A stretch of DNA of 64,000 nucleotides, taken from Sarea resinae. Its lineage: Eukaryota. Below the pieces are notes generated by a model that searched no databases, was not told where the DNA came from, and saw only the letters and a program-made list of their open reading frames with translations. Both the position numbers and the translations under genes were made by a program. Below are positions 13,249-26,705 of this stretch, piece by piece. Every line of letters begins with the position of its first letter. The first letter of the stretch is position 1. Where the stretch lies: NCBI GenBank assembly GCA_026026165.1, contig JAPEUD010000040.1:62001-126000 (forward strand), read 5' to 3'.

Positions 13249-14127
13249 TCAACCCTTCTCTTCCATCATCTCTCTCAACGTCCTGGCTTCAACCTCCTTC
13301 CGAGCCAACTCTAAACGCAACTCATCTCTCTCGCGAGTCATATTCTGCAGCGCCTGCTCGAGTTCGGTGATACGATCGAGGCGCTTTTGGCGGCACTTGC
13401 GAGCAGCGAGGGTATTCTTTTGTCGTTTGCTGATGAGGCGATCCGAATTGCTTGTGTTGGATCGGGGAGGTGAGGTACGAAGTAGTGGCACTGATACTGG
13501 CTCTTCTGGGCTAGTAGATGGAGGAAGAGTGGCGGCCAACGTCGGTCCTCGTTCTGGATTAGATTGGTTCGCCAGGTCGTGATTGTAATGAGTATATGTA
13601 GGAGATGGTATTGGAATTGTGTGAGGTTCTGGGAGGTATGGGACCTCAAGACTCGACAGTGGCAGGCTGGATGGAACAGAGACGTTTTGATTTTCACCAC
13701 CAGGAGCTTGAGAAGAGCTCTCGTAGGACGTTGGAAAGCTTCCGTCCGCACCGACGACCTTGGACGTAAACTGTGCAAAGACGTCACCCCAGGGCAAGTG
13801 CGCCGAATCTTCTTGTCTGAGGGCATTCAAAACGTCATTCCAGTAGCCATATTCCGTAGCCAGTCCCTCCCCTTCCGTCAAAGAAATATTCGCTTGATCG
13901 ACCGACAACTGCAATGATCCCCCGTCGGCCAAAACAGGGTACGCTCTGTTTCCACCGCCCGGATCAGGCACATCATATTCGTAGCCTCCCAGGTCCGGTA
14001 TCGACGGCCATGGATGCGTATCACGGAGGATTGAATACGTGAGAGGCCTGCTGCGGGCGGCAGAACCCGTATGAGGCTCTGGACGAGATGGAGACGAGGT
14101 CGGGCGGGCTGAGGGCCATGACTGCAC
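13249..14127 (-). CDS. bZIP transcription factor, JlbA/IDI-4-like
   Basis: Basic region KRQKNTLAARKCRQKR plus zipper ITELEQALQNMTRERDELRLELARKEVE at the C-terminus; start codon uncertain. Confidence 0.85.
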   Translation of the reverse strand: MQSWPSARPTSSPSRPEPHTGSAARSRPLTYSILRDTHPWPSIPDLGGYEYDVPDPGGGNRAYPVLADGGSLQLSVDQANISLTEGEGLATEYGYWNDVLNALRQEDSAHLPWGDVFAQFTSKVVGADGSFPTSYESSSQAPGGENQNVSVPSSLPLSSLEVPYLPEPHTIPIPSPTYTHYNHDLANQSNPERGPTLAATLPPSTSPEEPVSVPLLRTSPPRSNTSNSDRLISKRQKNTLAARKCRQKRLDRITELEQALQNMTRERDELRLELARKEVEARTLREMMEEKG

Positions 14128-15103
14128 TCTGGGTGGCCTCTATGCGAGGCAAGCAAAGAGATCCGACGACGGTATGGGTATGCACCTTGGCGTGCAGCAA
14201 AGATTCACGGTGCGTGGAATGGATCCGCAGAGGGTTTGAATCCCGTGAGGCGCGAGAGGAGGAGGGAGCCCAGTAGGAGTACTACATGCTCCCGGGGTGA
14301 GAGAAGCCCGACCTGCGCGTCGTCTACGGCGCAACTCCCTCCGTCCTCTCGCTTCGTACTGGGGCACGTTGGGACATTAGGCGAGAAGAGATACGAAGCT
14401 GGAGTACTCATAGGACTCCGTGCTACGTAGTAGAGGGACTAAAAGGACCGAGGACCCTGTGGGCGGATCGAGGGCATGACAGAAGCAACTCACAATCTCA
14501 ATGTCAGGGTCCGATCGACCCAGCCGAGGTACCCGCCGGTCACGAGTCAGGTATTTGACCTCTCACTCTCCCGCCGCGTCTCCGGCCAGAGAACGAGGTC
14601 GGAATACTTCGGGCGTCGACGGGTGTTACTTCATCTTCCATCGTTGGTCCTCATCCTCGTCCTCGTGCCGGCTATCTTAGGTCGTTAGCCTGCTTAGCTT
14701 GCACCGGGCTATCACGACCACGGCGAATGTGATTTCTTGATGACCTTGTGTGATTCATCCATCTGCCCTCTCTGGCCTCACTACCCTCTCTGGCCCCTCC
14801 GTCTGACACCTCCGCTCCAACTCCTTCTCTCTGCATCTATATCGGACATCATTCTCCGCACATGTCTCAGATTCCCCCATAGTCATTCATTCTCTGAGCT
14901 GTCTTCGGCCCCGCGACTCGTGTTCAGACAGAACGCAAGACATGTGGCATTCTTGCTATCTTGGAATACCGGGCGATCCTACCCTGAAGTCAATCCTCTT
15001 TTTGATGTGCTCTTATCTCTCCATCTCTGAAAATCAATGCACCGAGACCAAATCTTGATATGTTGACAGTCTGAGTATCTGTGGTAAAGCGTCGAGGACC
15101 GTC

Positions 15104-18043
15104 ATGCCTCGATCAAATCTATCCCAGAGCTACTCCTCCTTGCCTCCAGACGATGAAGATCGTCCCAGCACAACTCCAGGTTCGCCCACGGCATCAAGGC
15201 GACTGAGAGCGAGACGGCTCTCCGATGTAGACCTGCGAAATCGTATGCTAAATCGGTCCTCTGCCGACGAAACCTCCAGCCTACTGGAGTATTCGACCAA
15301 TACTTCAAAATCCTACAAGAGCATATCCCAGACGCCGAACCATATGCTTTCCAGACAACAGAGCTTGAGCGGCAGTATTCGTCGTCCGCGCAACCATAGC
15401 CGTCGGCCTTCTTTCGGTGGACGGCTCACGGCAGCACTCGGACCGGACTCGAGAGAGCACGGTAATGAGGGCAATATGGAAGATTCGAAAATGTCCTTCT
15501 ACCACGATGACCGAGTCTGGTACGACCAGTTCACATCCACGGATTGGGTGCGTGACATTATCGCTGACGCATTTCGCGCAAAGGCCCTGAGGAGCCGCAA
15601 GGACTTTCGGGGAAGATTGTACGTTTTATTTGATGCCGCCCAAGGCTGGGTTGTGGTCGCTATGATAGGGTGCCTTACGGCCATCGTTGCTTACTTTGTG
15701 GACGTGAGCGAGACGACCATTTTTGATTTCAAGGAAGGCTTTTGTCGGACGAGCTGGCACCACAACAAAGCAAAGTGCTGTATGGACATGGAGGATTGCA
15801 CTTCGTGGCTGTCTTGGTCAGAAATTTTCGATTCCTCAACGGTTGACAGCAAGTGGATCGATTATGTGGCCTACGTCGTTTCGGTGGTCTTACTAGCCAC
15901 GCTCTCATGCCTCCTTACACTCACGTCAAAGACCGTAGTCCCGTCCGCTATCTCACTGTCGACTCTAGATGAGAATCTGGGCGCGGAACGCCGAGAGACC
16001 AACGGAGAGCGAGATGAAGAAGGCAGGTCGCGGAGTTTGAGCCCTACTCAAAAGTATACGGAATCGCAATTCTCCCCAACAATGATATACTACTCTGCCG
16101 CGGGCAGTGGAGTTGCAGAAGTCAAGGTTATCCTCAGTGGCTTCGTGCTACATGGCTACCTAGGTGTCAAGACATTGGTCGTCAAGACATTTGCATTGAT
16201 TCTCAGTGTTGCATCCGGATTGAGCATCGGCAAGGAGGGCCCGTATGTCCATATTGCGACCTGTATAGGCAACATTGCATGCCGAATCTTTCCTAAATAT
16301 AATCGCAACGATGGCAAGCGACGGGAGGTTCTCAGCGCAAGTGCTGCTAGCGGTGTAGCGGTAGCCTTTGGGGCGCCAATTGGCGGGGTTCTATTCAGCT
16401 TGGAAGAAGTCAGGTCAGTCAACAGCATTTGTACTGAACTTCGTCTTCTGATGTTGAGATAGCTACTACTTCCCGCCGAAGACACTATTCCGAACTTTCT
16501 TTTGCTGCATTGTAAGTCATCACACGTTTGAATCCTCCCTCGCAGTTTGCTCAACGGTATCACAGGTTGCTACGCTTTCACTGAAATTCTTGAATCCCTA
16601 TGGCACACACAAGATTGTTCTTTTTGAGGTCCGATACTTGGATGATTGGAAGGCTTTTGAGATGATCGTTTTCATCCTTCTTGGAATTCTTGGAGGAGTA
16701 ACAGGAGCTGGTTTCATCAAGGCGTCCAGGATTTGGGCCAAGACCTTCCGCCGCATTCCTGTCATCAAGAGATGGCCACTTCTAGAAGTTATCCTCGTCG
16801 CTCTTCTGACCGGACTCGTGAGTTTCTGGAACAGATACACAAAGTTGGCAGTCTCCGAGCTACTCTTCGAGCTTGCGAGTCCGTGCGACCAGAATGATGC
16901 CCCGGGAACGGGCCTTTGTCCGAGCAGAGATCAAATTCCAAGTGTCATAGGCTATCTTTTGATTGCATTGGTCGTAAAGAGCTGTCTCACTATCATAACC
17001 TTCGGCATCAAAGTACCCGCTGGAATTTACGTCCCATCCATGGTCGTCGGCGGCTTGCTTGGTCGCATAGTTGGACACACTGTGCAGTATCTCGTTCTGC
17101 GCTTTCCTGATCATTGGCTCCTTGGCGACTGCGTAGCGGGCGGTGGGCCCGAGTCTTGCGTTACCCCCGGAGTATACGCTCTTGTAGCTGCGGGTGCTAC
17201 CATGTGCGGAGTAACAAGGCTTTCCGTGACCTTAGCAGTCATCCTGTTTGAATTAACCGGCAGCTTGGACCACGTCTTGCCGTTCTCGCTCGCCGTCTTA
17301 GTGTCAAAGTGGACTGCGGATGCAATTGAGCCTCTGAGCATCTACGTAAGTCTTCTGCAAACTTCTACGATTGGAAATGCTAATTGCTCTACAGGACCTA
17401 CTGACAGATATGAATTCTTATCCTTTCCTCGACAATAAAGTCCGCCCCCTGTACACGAGCGAGCTGGCAGACATCACTCCTCGCATTCGCAAGCAACGTA
17501 TCATTGATATCTCAAGTTCACCGCTAGTCCCAGCTATAGAACTGCGGGATAAACTTGAGTACCTGCAAATGGCCGGTGAGCTTGACGGAGGGTTGCCCAT
17601 CTTGAGAGACGGCATACTAGTTGGCTTGCTGCCTGCACCCGACCTCGAGTTTGCACTTGATTCACTGGAAAGCGAAGAAAACGGCCTGTGCTTGATGGCG
17701 CCGGAAGCCAAGTGGAGCTCGATTGAGGACGAGATTGAGAATGATGTGGATCCTACTGACTTTACACCTTATATTGATCCGGTAAGCTGTCAAAATGACA
17801 TTCCTTTTGGATGATGGCTGACTCCGAAAGGCCCCCGTTGCTTTAGATATCCATTCTCCAATGGATCTGGTCTATGAATGCTTCGTCAAGCTTGGCCTGA
17901 GGTATATATGTGTTCTAAGGGACGGGAAATTTGCTGGCTTGGTAAGCTCATCCGGTGATAGGTATGATCAAGCGGCGACTGACTCTGACCAGGTCCATAA
18001 GAAAGCGTTTGTCAAATACACTAAGGAGCTGGAGGAGAAATGA
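15104..18043 (+). CDS. CLC family chloride channel / Cl-/H+ antiporter with CBS domains, multi-exon
   Basis: GSGVAE, GKEGP, FGAPIGGVLFSLEE, PAGIYVPS, VILFELTG signatures; C-terminal CBS region. Confidence 0.95.
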
Positions 18044-18419
18044 TGACAATGATGGCGGCCAACGGTAAAAAGCGCCGGGTATAATAACTTTATTCAGCAA
18101 GCGGAGGGCTCCTTACTCGGTCGTCATGGTGTAGATGCTGGGTCTCCAGGAGTGTTTCGTCACGAGAGCACAAATTGCGGCAACCAGACTTTCTCCCTTT
18201 TTTGCATTCTTAGCGTTGCATCATTGCCTTCTCATTAGCATGGCGTTCGGGCGTTTGGCATGGGAGGAATGTTCCTTACTGTTTCTCGATGTCTGCAGCT
18301 GTTACTACCGCCGGCACATAATCCCCCCAGCATTTCTCATACTACGCATCAGACATTTTATCTCGGCTCATCCCATCGCATCACCCATAGCAAGGACAAA
18401 CGCTCATGTCATATGCTAA

Positions 18420-19539
18420 TCATCTTTCATTCTCGGCTCTAAGCTCCGCCATCAAGCCCCCTAAATCCCTCGCCCTGGCATCCTCTTCCAGCTTTTTGGT
18501 GACTAGACTTGTAATCTCCCTGCACTTGACCAACGCCAGGTCCGCGCAGCGTAACAGCGTCAACGCATCTACGGCCGCGCCTCCCAGCTTCGCCATCTGA
18601 CACACCTCCCCTTGCGAATTCATCCCAACGACTACCTCCCCACTGCGTATTTTCTCCTCTGCTAACGTCGCATCGATCACCCATAAGTCTTCGTCCCCTC
18701 CTTCCCCGCCTCCACCATCACCAACACCTATCTCCTTTTTCTGCCTGTCTCGAATGTCGAAGAACGAGAATGTCACGCACACGGGAAAATGCAACAGACT
18801 CAACGGCACGGGCACGCGCTCCTCGACGCTCCATACCTTCACCTCCCCACCACTACCCCCGACCACACTGGTATCGGGCACCCTGAAATGCCTCAGGGCC
18901 GCAACGATGGCCACGCAGCTCGCGTCGACCAGGCCGCCATCATGACTCAGCACGTGGACGTCGGCGCGCAGACTCCAGACCTTGGAGCCGGCGCTCACGC
19001 ACAGCGATTCCGTGTCCAGCGCGCCCGAGCGGCGGATGGTCTTCTCGAGCAGTCGTGAGAGCAGCGTCTCCGTTGTGCTGGGCCGGTTGGATTCGAAGGC
19101 CGGCGACGCCAGCGGCGACAGCTCCGTCGTGATTGTGAATATCCCGTCGAATTTTCGGTCGGGGAAAGGCGGGACGAGGGAGGCGGAGATGCGGGTTAGA
19201 ATTCTGATTCGTGATTGCATAGAATTAGCTTGCGTATAGGGCTTCCTCATGTGTAAGACTAGAGGGTCTGGATTGAGCGCTGGGCTTTGCGCTGGGAAGG
19301 GCAGTGTGTAGAGATAAGTGTAGATATGATCGATTGGGGGGACTGTAGGGCACAGGCTTTTCGCTTTTCACACACCTCGTCTTTCCTAATCGCAGGTCAA
19401 CAACGCCATACTCATCGCCAAAGGAAATGTCGAGGTCGCGGAAAGCGTCCAACGCGCGGCCGTCAAGCCGGATGCTCTCGCGCAGGGCCTGGAGGGTGAA
19501 GGCGCGCTCGTTGAGCGAGGGGTCGGGCTCGCGAGGCAT
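18420..19539 (-). CDS. RRP45: Exosome complex RNase PH-like subunit Rrp45, 2 exons
   Basis: RLDGR..FR, LGKTR, SRLLEKTIRRSGALDTESLC, VWSLRADVHVLSHDG, C-terminus ELRAENER. Confidence 0.93.
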
Positions 19540-19881
19540 GTCTGCTTGTCTAGCTTGCTTTGGACTTGGAGGTTGTTTTCATTCAATCAAGGGAGTCTGG
19601 GTTCGTAAGGCTGGATCAATTCTAGTTCGGTGGGATCATCAATAATCAATGCTTCATTCATTCGTTGATCTACCGTTCACTTTACATATCGCGAGTGGAT
19701 TTACTGGAGTTTGCAGATTCGGGTTGGCCCGTGCGAGCTCATTGCAGGAAGTTCGGAAATCGGGGAAATGTTATTGCGGCTTATGTAAGCGGGTCTACGA
19801 AGTCCATCGCCATGTTGAGTTGAAGCTTCTGGGATTCGACGTTCAAGCAAGCCACCAGTAACTTTACGTGCAAAGGTCAAT

Positions 19882-20960
19882 ATGACTACCGCTCACAGAC
19901 CTACATTCGATCCCGTAAGTTGGGCTTGACATTGCTTTCTGACGACGCTCACGCTTTCTAGGCTCGCGGGAAAGAGGCCCAGCGCGGCCCAGCCTACCAT
20001 CAGCGACTTCTACCTGCCCATACTCAGCTCAAAGTTCGGTAAGGCGACTCACTTGACATCGAAGCGCGCGTACTGAATATTCCCAGTCAACCGGGGCAAG
20101 GTGGAACCGCTGATGCAGAAGTACGGGACCTTCGAGCCGAGCTCCTCAAGGCAGAGGCGGCACACTTTTCAAAGGCAAAGGGTATCTCTCACGAAGAGGA
20201 CGAAGATACTGCGCCAGTCGAGTCGGCACCAAAACGGGCACTAGAAGCTGGACCTGGCACAGATGGCGATGAGGACGAGGACCCTGAGGCCAAGAGACGA
20301 CGAATACTGGAAGAAACCCGAGACATCGATGCAGACTCTGATCATTCGGGAAGCGAGAGTAGTGATGAGGAAAGGTAGGCAATCTACCTCAGCACCGCTT
20401 GGTGCTGTATGGCTGATAGCAACAGTGATGACGACGAAGATGAGACGGCAGAATTGATGAGGGAGCTTGAGAAGATCAAAAAGGAGAGGGCGGAGCAAAG
20501 AGCACGAGAGGTACAACCTACGCCGATTGTGTACGTGTATGGTTTTTGGTGGCGACTAACGCTCTCTGTGTTTCAGGAGCAAGAAAAGGAGGCAGAGGAA
20601 CAAGAGAAACGAGAGTATGACATCGCCAAAGGTAACCCTCTGCTGAATTCCAAGGATTTCAGCGTCAAACGCCGGTATGTCCCGATGCATGATCCCTCAT
20701 TCATACTCCCCGCATTGCTGATGGTTGCACAGCTGGGACGATGATGTTGTTTTCCGAAACCAAGCACGAGGAACCGAAGACAAACGGAAGAAGGAATTCG
20801 TCAATGTACGTGATCGATGCTGCAGGATCTATTCGAGACTAACCTTGCGTCAACTCAGGATCTGTTGCGTTCGGACTTTCACAAGCGATTCATGGTGAGT
20901 GCATCTGGCTCCTTGCAGGAAGTGAGCTGATTCATGTTCTAGAGCAAGTATGTACGGTGA
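19882..20960 (+). CDS. CWC15: Pre-mRNA splicing factor Cwc15 (about 8 exons)
   Basis: MTTAHRPTFDP start, LPAHTQLK, DETAELMRELEKIKKER, GNPLLN, KRRWDDDVVFRNQARG, FVNDLLRSDFHKRFMSKYVR*. Confidence 0.93.
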
Positions 20961-22548
20961 TGGCGGCGATTCTGTGGGCATCATTCGGCGTTATTGAGGG
21001 GCAGGGAAATCCAGGAAATCGTCGGGTCCAATAGATGTGTCGACGGGGGAACTGCCGGCTGCGGAGTGGGTCTGGAGTAGAGGGCTGAGGGCTGAAGGTT
21101 TGCGGATCGCTGCCGCTTAATCCATTAGATACGTCGTAGCTGAGCCGAACAACCCATCGAGCTGAGCAACATGCAAACCATCTCGGAAAGTGAACTTTGA
21201 TACCCTCGTCCTCGGAAGACTACCTCTCCATTCGATATCCTACTGCTGTGTTCCAATTCGTTTGGAGTCCCATTCCATCAAGACCTGATCCGTACCAATA
21301 CGAGGTATCCGATGATGCAATGCCCAATAAGCGACGGGAGTCCAGGTTTGGTACCGTACGTACCGCCTCGCTCGCTGCCGTTCCAAGCTCTCAACCACCA
21401 GCGTTGGGCTTCGACTGCTCTGCTCAGATATTGGTGGCCCGGATGGCAGGTGATGCAATTGGCTGTCATATTATGTGATCAACCGGTGGTGACATGATCT
21501 TAGGGTTGTATGAGGAAAGGAGGACAGGAGAGGAGGGTCAGGCTGGACGACGACAAATCGACGACCCAGTCGTGCCCCCGTGGTTCGTTTGTTTTGTTTG
21601 TTACAGCGGGGTGTCAGCTACGATGACCCAACAGAGGATTGGACCATCGAACCTGGTCGGTAGAAGAACCTGGAAGGCCAGATCTTGTTTTCGCTTCGCG
21701 CCGTCCGTCCAGACACTAAGGTACTGCCAGGCCTGATGACGATCGGAGATGGATCGCTTTGATCGTCTGCGTCGGTGACGCGCTATCTCGAGACCTCCAA
21801 CTCCGTCTGCCGTGGTGGGGGTGGACTCAACCGCTGCGGGGTTCATTGCTTTTCTTGTCTTACCACAACAGTGATACCTTGGATGCTACCTATCACTGGA
21901 CTGATACTACTCCGGAGTACGCAATGGTAGATTACCTGTAGGTAGGTACCTCAGGTCCATCCATCCATGGATGGTGGGCATCTCTACATAGTAGGCTCAT
22001 TGCTCCTTTGGGTATACTGTGTTGAGAAACCGGGAACGTGGCGATGAGATGATCGAGACACTGACGACGACGGCCTCGACAGCCCCGATGGCATCGGTGG
22101 CCTCGACCCTGCTTTTGCCCCCCTGGCCCGCTGCCATTCGCCATCCCACCAAGACCCTAACCGGACACTGAACGCCGTGGCTGCCCTGCCCCTCCCCGCT
22201 AGTATCAAATTGGATTTGAACTGTCCAGTCAGATATTGATGGAGGCATCTGTCCCTTAGCCACTAGCTACTACTGCGTAGGCATTCAGGTAGGACGGGAG
22301 CAAGCTGTTTCCAGACCTGCCTGCTCGATTGGCCTAGTGCACACTGAATTCACTTAGGTTGTAAACAAGTCGGCCGGTGAGCACTTGGGATATAACCCCG
22401 CCATCTTCCCCTTGATTTCTATCCATCCATACCGACACTCATACTCGCCTTCACTTGAAAATCAATCATCCAAACGAATTGATAATCTTCATCCGAAATC
22501 AACACTCTCTACACTTCTAATCAACCAATTACCTCATATCTACACATC

Positions 22549-23640
22549 ATGTCTAACTACGACGACAGTAACACCGTACGTTGTTATCACTTCGCTACCA
22601 CCTTCCACCAGAGAGATGAAGCTGGCTAACTCTCACTATAGGGTCGCAGCACTGGCAGTGGCTTCGGTGGCGGCCAGTCTGGCCAGTCTGGCCAATCCGG
22701 CTATGGTGGAGGTCAATCCGGTGGATTCGATGTACGTGAATGCGGTCAACATCCTTTCACACGTGAACTGAGAGTTTTATTGTAGTCATCCAACCAGTCT
22801 GGTGGAGGATTCGGTGGCGATTCTACCAGCGGAGGCTATGGCGGCGACTCGACCAGCGGCGGTGGATATGGTGGCCAGGTATGCACATCCGCTCGACTTC
22901 TAGTTTCAATTGTTGCTAATAAAACTAGTCATCCGGTCTTGGGCAAGGACAGGGCTCATCGGGAAGCGGCTATGGCGGCCAGGTAAGCACCTCTACCATT
23001 TGAAGAGCTCCTTTGGAACATCCTGCTAATTGAATCAGTCGTCTGGTCTCGGAAGTGACTCTACTAGCGGCGGCTATGGCGGCGATTCTACCAGTGGTGG
23101 CGGGTTTGGCGGCGATCAGTCATCTGGCTATGGTCAACAATCGTCTGGTCAACAGTCGTCTGGTCTAGGGGGGGACAGCTATGGTGTATGTTATGGTATA
23201 CCATAATGAGTTTGACAGCTTATTAACTTCTATCAGTCCGGTGGACAGTCCGGCGGCCAGTCAGGCTACAGTGGAACTGCAGGCAGCACTGATGCCTACA
23301 GCGGATCCAGTGATTATGGTTCCGGCACCACTGGCGGAGCTGGTTACGGCAACAAATCCTCGGGTGGTGACTCTTCAAGTGGAGGAGGTGGGCATATCTA
23401 TTTCTTGTCCCATTACACCATCACTGACGAATCTCGCATTCAGACTCAAAGGTCGGAAAATTCATGGAGAAGGTTGGTAGCAAGTTCGGCCAAGGAGGAC
23501 TTGCCGAGAAGGGCAGCCAAAAGCGCCAGGATGCTGGCCAAGGCGACTCCAGCTATGGCGGAGGCCAAGGTGACTCCAGCTACGGTCAGGGTCAAGGTCA
23601 GGGTAGCTCCGGCTACGGTCAGGACAGCTCCAACTACTAG
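22549..23640 (+). CDS. Gly/Ser/Gln/Tyr-rich low-complexity hydrophilin-like protein (about 7 exons)
   Basis: Spliced reading MSNYDDSNT..GGQSGQSGYGG..GGDSTSGGYGG..DSKVGKFMEKVGSKFGQGGLAEKGSQKR..GQDSSNY*; six GT..AG introns; TATAA near 22391. Confidence 0.75.
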
Positions 23641-24253
23641 GTTGCGCAGTCGGATCCCGATACGAATCCGGTTTGTTTAAAACCGTGGACATCCTGCGGG
23701 GAAGTACGATGACCTTTTTATGATACCTGAGCAGCTGTCCACAGGTTAACGACCTATGATGGCACGATTTGCTTTAATCTGTATTAATAGGGATTTGATC
23801 CTGCTCGAACTAGAGCTCCAATTCCATGAAACAATCTCATGCAGACTTCTGTCCACGCTTTGTAGTGACATTGATGATTTGTAACCTCAACTGAAAAGGA
23901 CAAATACTGGAAGATTGATTTTTGAGCCGGGTCCGAGAGCTGGTGATATGCGATTTCCAGCAGTTGCCAGTTGTAAGCTGGGGGATATGAGTTGTGATGC
24001 GCAATTTAGCGAGGCGCCGCCTCGGGCCACCGTTGAGAGACAACCTCAAGCGCACAAATGTGGTCAAATGTGGGGTGGGTGACCGTATGATGCGCCTTCT
24101 CGATTGTAGCTGCTGATATTACCAACAACGTGCTCACAAGCAATCAGATTGGGTTGGATTGGGATCAAGCTCCTGATAAAATAGTCCCATGCCTTCCAAT
24201 CTATACGCCCGGTGATCACTGTCTGAATCAAGCACCACGACGTGAAATTCGCC

Positions 24254-26387
24254 ATGGCTGCCGCAATTGCGTCCGCTACGCAGTCTCTCACCTCTCTCCT
24301 ACGACAGACAACGGTCGTTGACCACGAGGAAATCCTCAAAGCATCAAATGCGGTCCTGAAGAAGTCAAAGTCTGACATCGACGCTCAGCATGCCAAGGTT
24401 GTGGCCTTGGTGAAACTGGACCGATATGAAGACGCACTCCGTCTTTTCCAGGAGGGCGGGGAGAAGCTGAAGTCACGAGCACCACTGGAACGGGCCTATA
24501 CGCTGTATAAATCAGGCAATTATGAGGAGGCTGAGAGAGTAGCACGAAGTGTGGCTGAGAGTCGCGGAATGAAGCATGTGGAAGCGCAAGCAGTGGGTAG
24601 CCTGTGGCTGAGATATATACTTGATCAGACACTGACAGCCAACCACAGGCATATCGACTTGAGAAATTCTCACAGACAGCCGATCTCTACAAGGAGTTGG
24701 CAGTGCAAGCGGCCGAGGTCCAAAACGAAGAGAATGATATCAGGATCAATGGTGGCGCCGCAGATGCACAGCTGGAGTGGGCAGGGCAAGGCCATCTTGC
24801 GCAGAAGAAGAAGCCAGGCCGGGAGGATCTGGAAGCTTTCGAGACAGCCTACAACGCAGCATGTGGAAGTATGGCGAGGGGAGAATTTGCGCAAGGGGAA
24901 ATACTGCTGAAGAGAGCAAAGGGTATGATCTCTGTAGTTGACCACAGAGCATTTACTAAGCTTGGACAGACTTGTGCAATGCCTCGGAAGAGCTGTCAGA
25001 CGAAGAGAAGGTGTCTGAACTCTTGCCGATTGCCGTTCAGCAAATATACGTCTTGTCGATGCTGGGAAAGGCGGACGAAGCTGCAAAATATTCTAAGGAA
25101 ATCACAATGGATGAGTATGACCTGTTATTCCCGCAGAGATCTGTCGTTGAGACTTGGCACTAACAGGATCATAGTATCCCTGATGCTTCAACAAGAAAGG
25201 TTGCTCAGAACAATCTTTTGACGACCTCTGCCGGCCCCGAGAATCCATTCTTAGCCCATCGACTGTTCCACACCATATCCAAATTACCAAAGACGGACCA
25301 ACCGTTTACTTTTCAATCCAAGATCTTGCATAGCAATAGCTACGCAATCGATCTGATCTCCCTAAAATTCACGGGTGTGGCAAATTCTACATCCAACTAT
25401 CTCGACGAACACCCCTCCCCTAGCATATCACCAGATGTGAACGCGGTTTCTGTCATAAATGCTTCTGCGCACGCCCAATGTCAGGCGGGCAAGGCCGGAT
25501 TGAAAGAGATACTTCCCTTGTTGGAGAGGAGGCCAAACGACGTTGGACTCATCCTAACAATTGTCCAGCTGTACTTATTGACAAACAACCCTGGCTCCGC
25601 CATTTCCCTGCTCGAGTCCTTCTTCAAGCGACTTGAGCAGTCTACAACAGATTCGGATCACGACGTACGCTTCGCCCCAGGCTTAGTCGCTGTTCTCGTG
25701 TCTCTGTACACGCGACAGGGACGTAAATCGCACGTCCGCACCGAGCTTGCAAAAGCAGCTACCTACTGGCGCCGTAAGTCCAAAGCCGCTCCACGGACTT
25801 CCCTACTCAAAGCAGCCGGCTCGTCGCTCCTTCAGACATCCACCAAGGATGAAGAGCTCGCTATCGCCAGCGGTATCTTTGACATTCTCCGCCAGCGGGA
25901 CCCCAGCGATCGCTTCGCCATCGCCGGGTTTGTTGCCTCGAACGCCACGACCGATCCCGAGAAGATCTCATCCGACGTCGACAAGCTCACACCTGTACCC
26001 CGCCTCATCTCCGGCATCGACGTCGACGCCCTCGAATCGGCCGGCGTCCCTCGACCCGCCGTATCCGCCACCGTCGAAGAGGCCAACAGGAAACGATTGG
26101 CCGACGACAACGGCAGCAAACCTGCGAAGAAACGCGTCCGCAAGTCGCGACTTCCAAAGTCCTATGATCCGACCAAGACGCCCGATCCGGAGCGTTGGCT
26201 GCCGTTGAGGGATCGTGCGAGCTACCGACCCAAAGGGAAGAAGGGGAAACAGAGAGCGGCTGCCTTGACGCAGGGCGGGATCAGTGAGGAGGCTCCCGTT
26301 GTGGCTGCTAAGGTCGAGAAGCCTGCCGGCGGCGGGAGCGGGGGAGGAAAGGCGAAGAAGAAGAAAGGAAAGGGCGGAAAGTGGTAG
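24254..26387 (+). CDS. SRP72: Signal recognition particle subunit SRP72, multi-exon
   Basis: TPR-like N-terminus KVVALVKLDRYEDAL, FETAYNAAC; RNA-binding motif RKSRLPKSYDPTKTPDPERWLPLRDR; K-rich tail. Confidence 0.93.
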
Positions 26388-26705
26388 ATGGGAAAGGTGT
26401 ACTCGGATTGGTATTTGTGGAATATTGGAAGATATCATCCGATATGAGAATGGCTAGTGTGACTACGTGCCTTGCGCTGTACGTACGTAGTTCACTCAAA
26501 CGTATGGATGTCTGGCTAGGGCCTCTATTAGACGTAACCGTGTTAGGAGGGACGATGTACGAGACGTGTATACGGATTGATTTCAGATATCTATACTAGT
26601 GTGAGAGGCAGCCACGTAGTCGTCATCCTTCCTCTAAAGACCGCCAAGACGCCAGAAACTCCAAACAATGAACGGTGCCAGACGGTAGGCCCTCACAAAG
26701 CACTT

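Noticed and set aside
14221..14260. tRNA-like T-loop (GGTTTGAATCCC)
   Set aside because: No cloverleaf, D-arm or acceptor stem could be built
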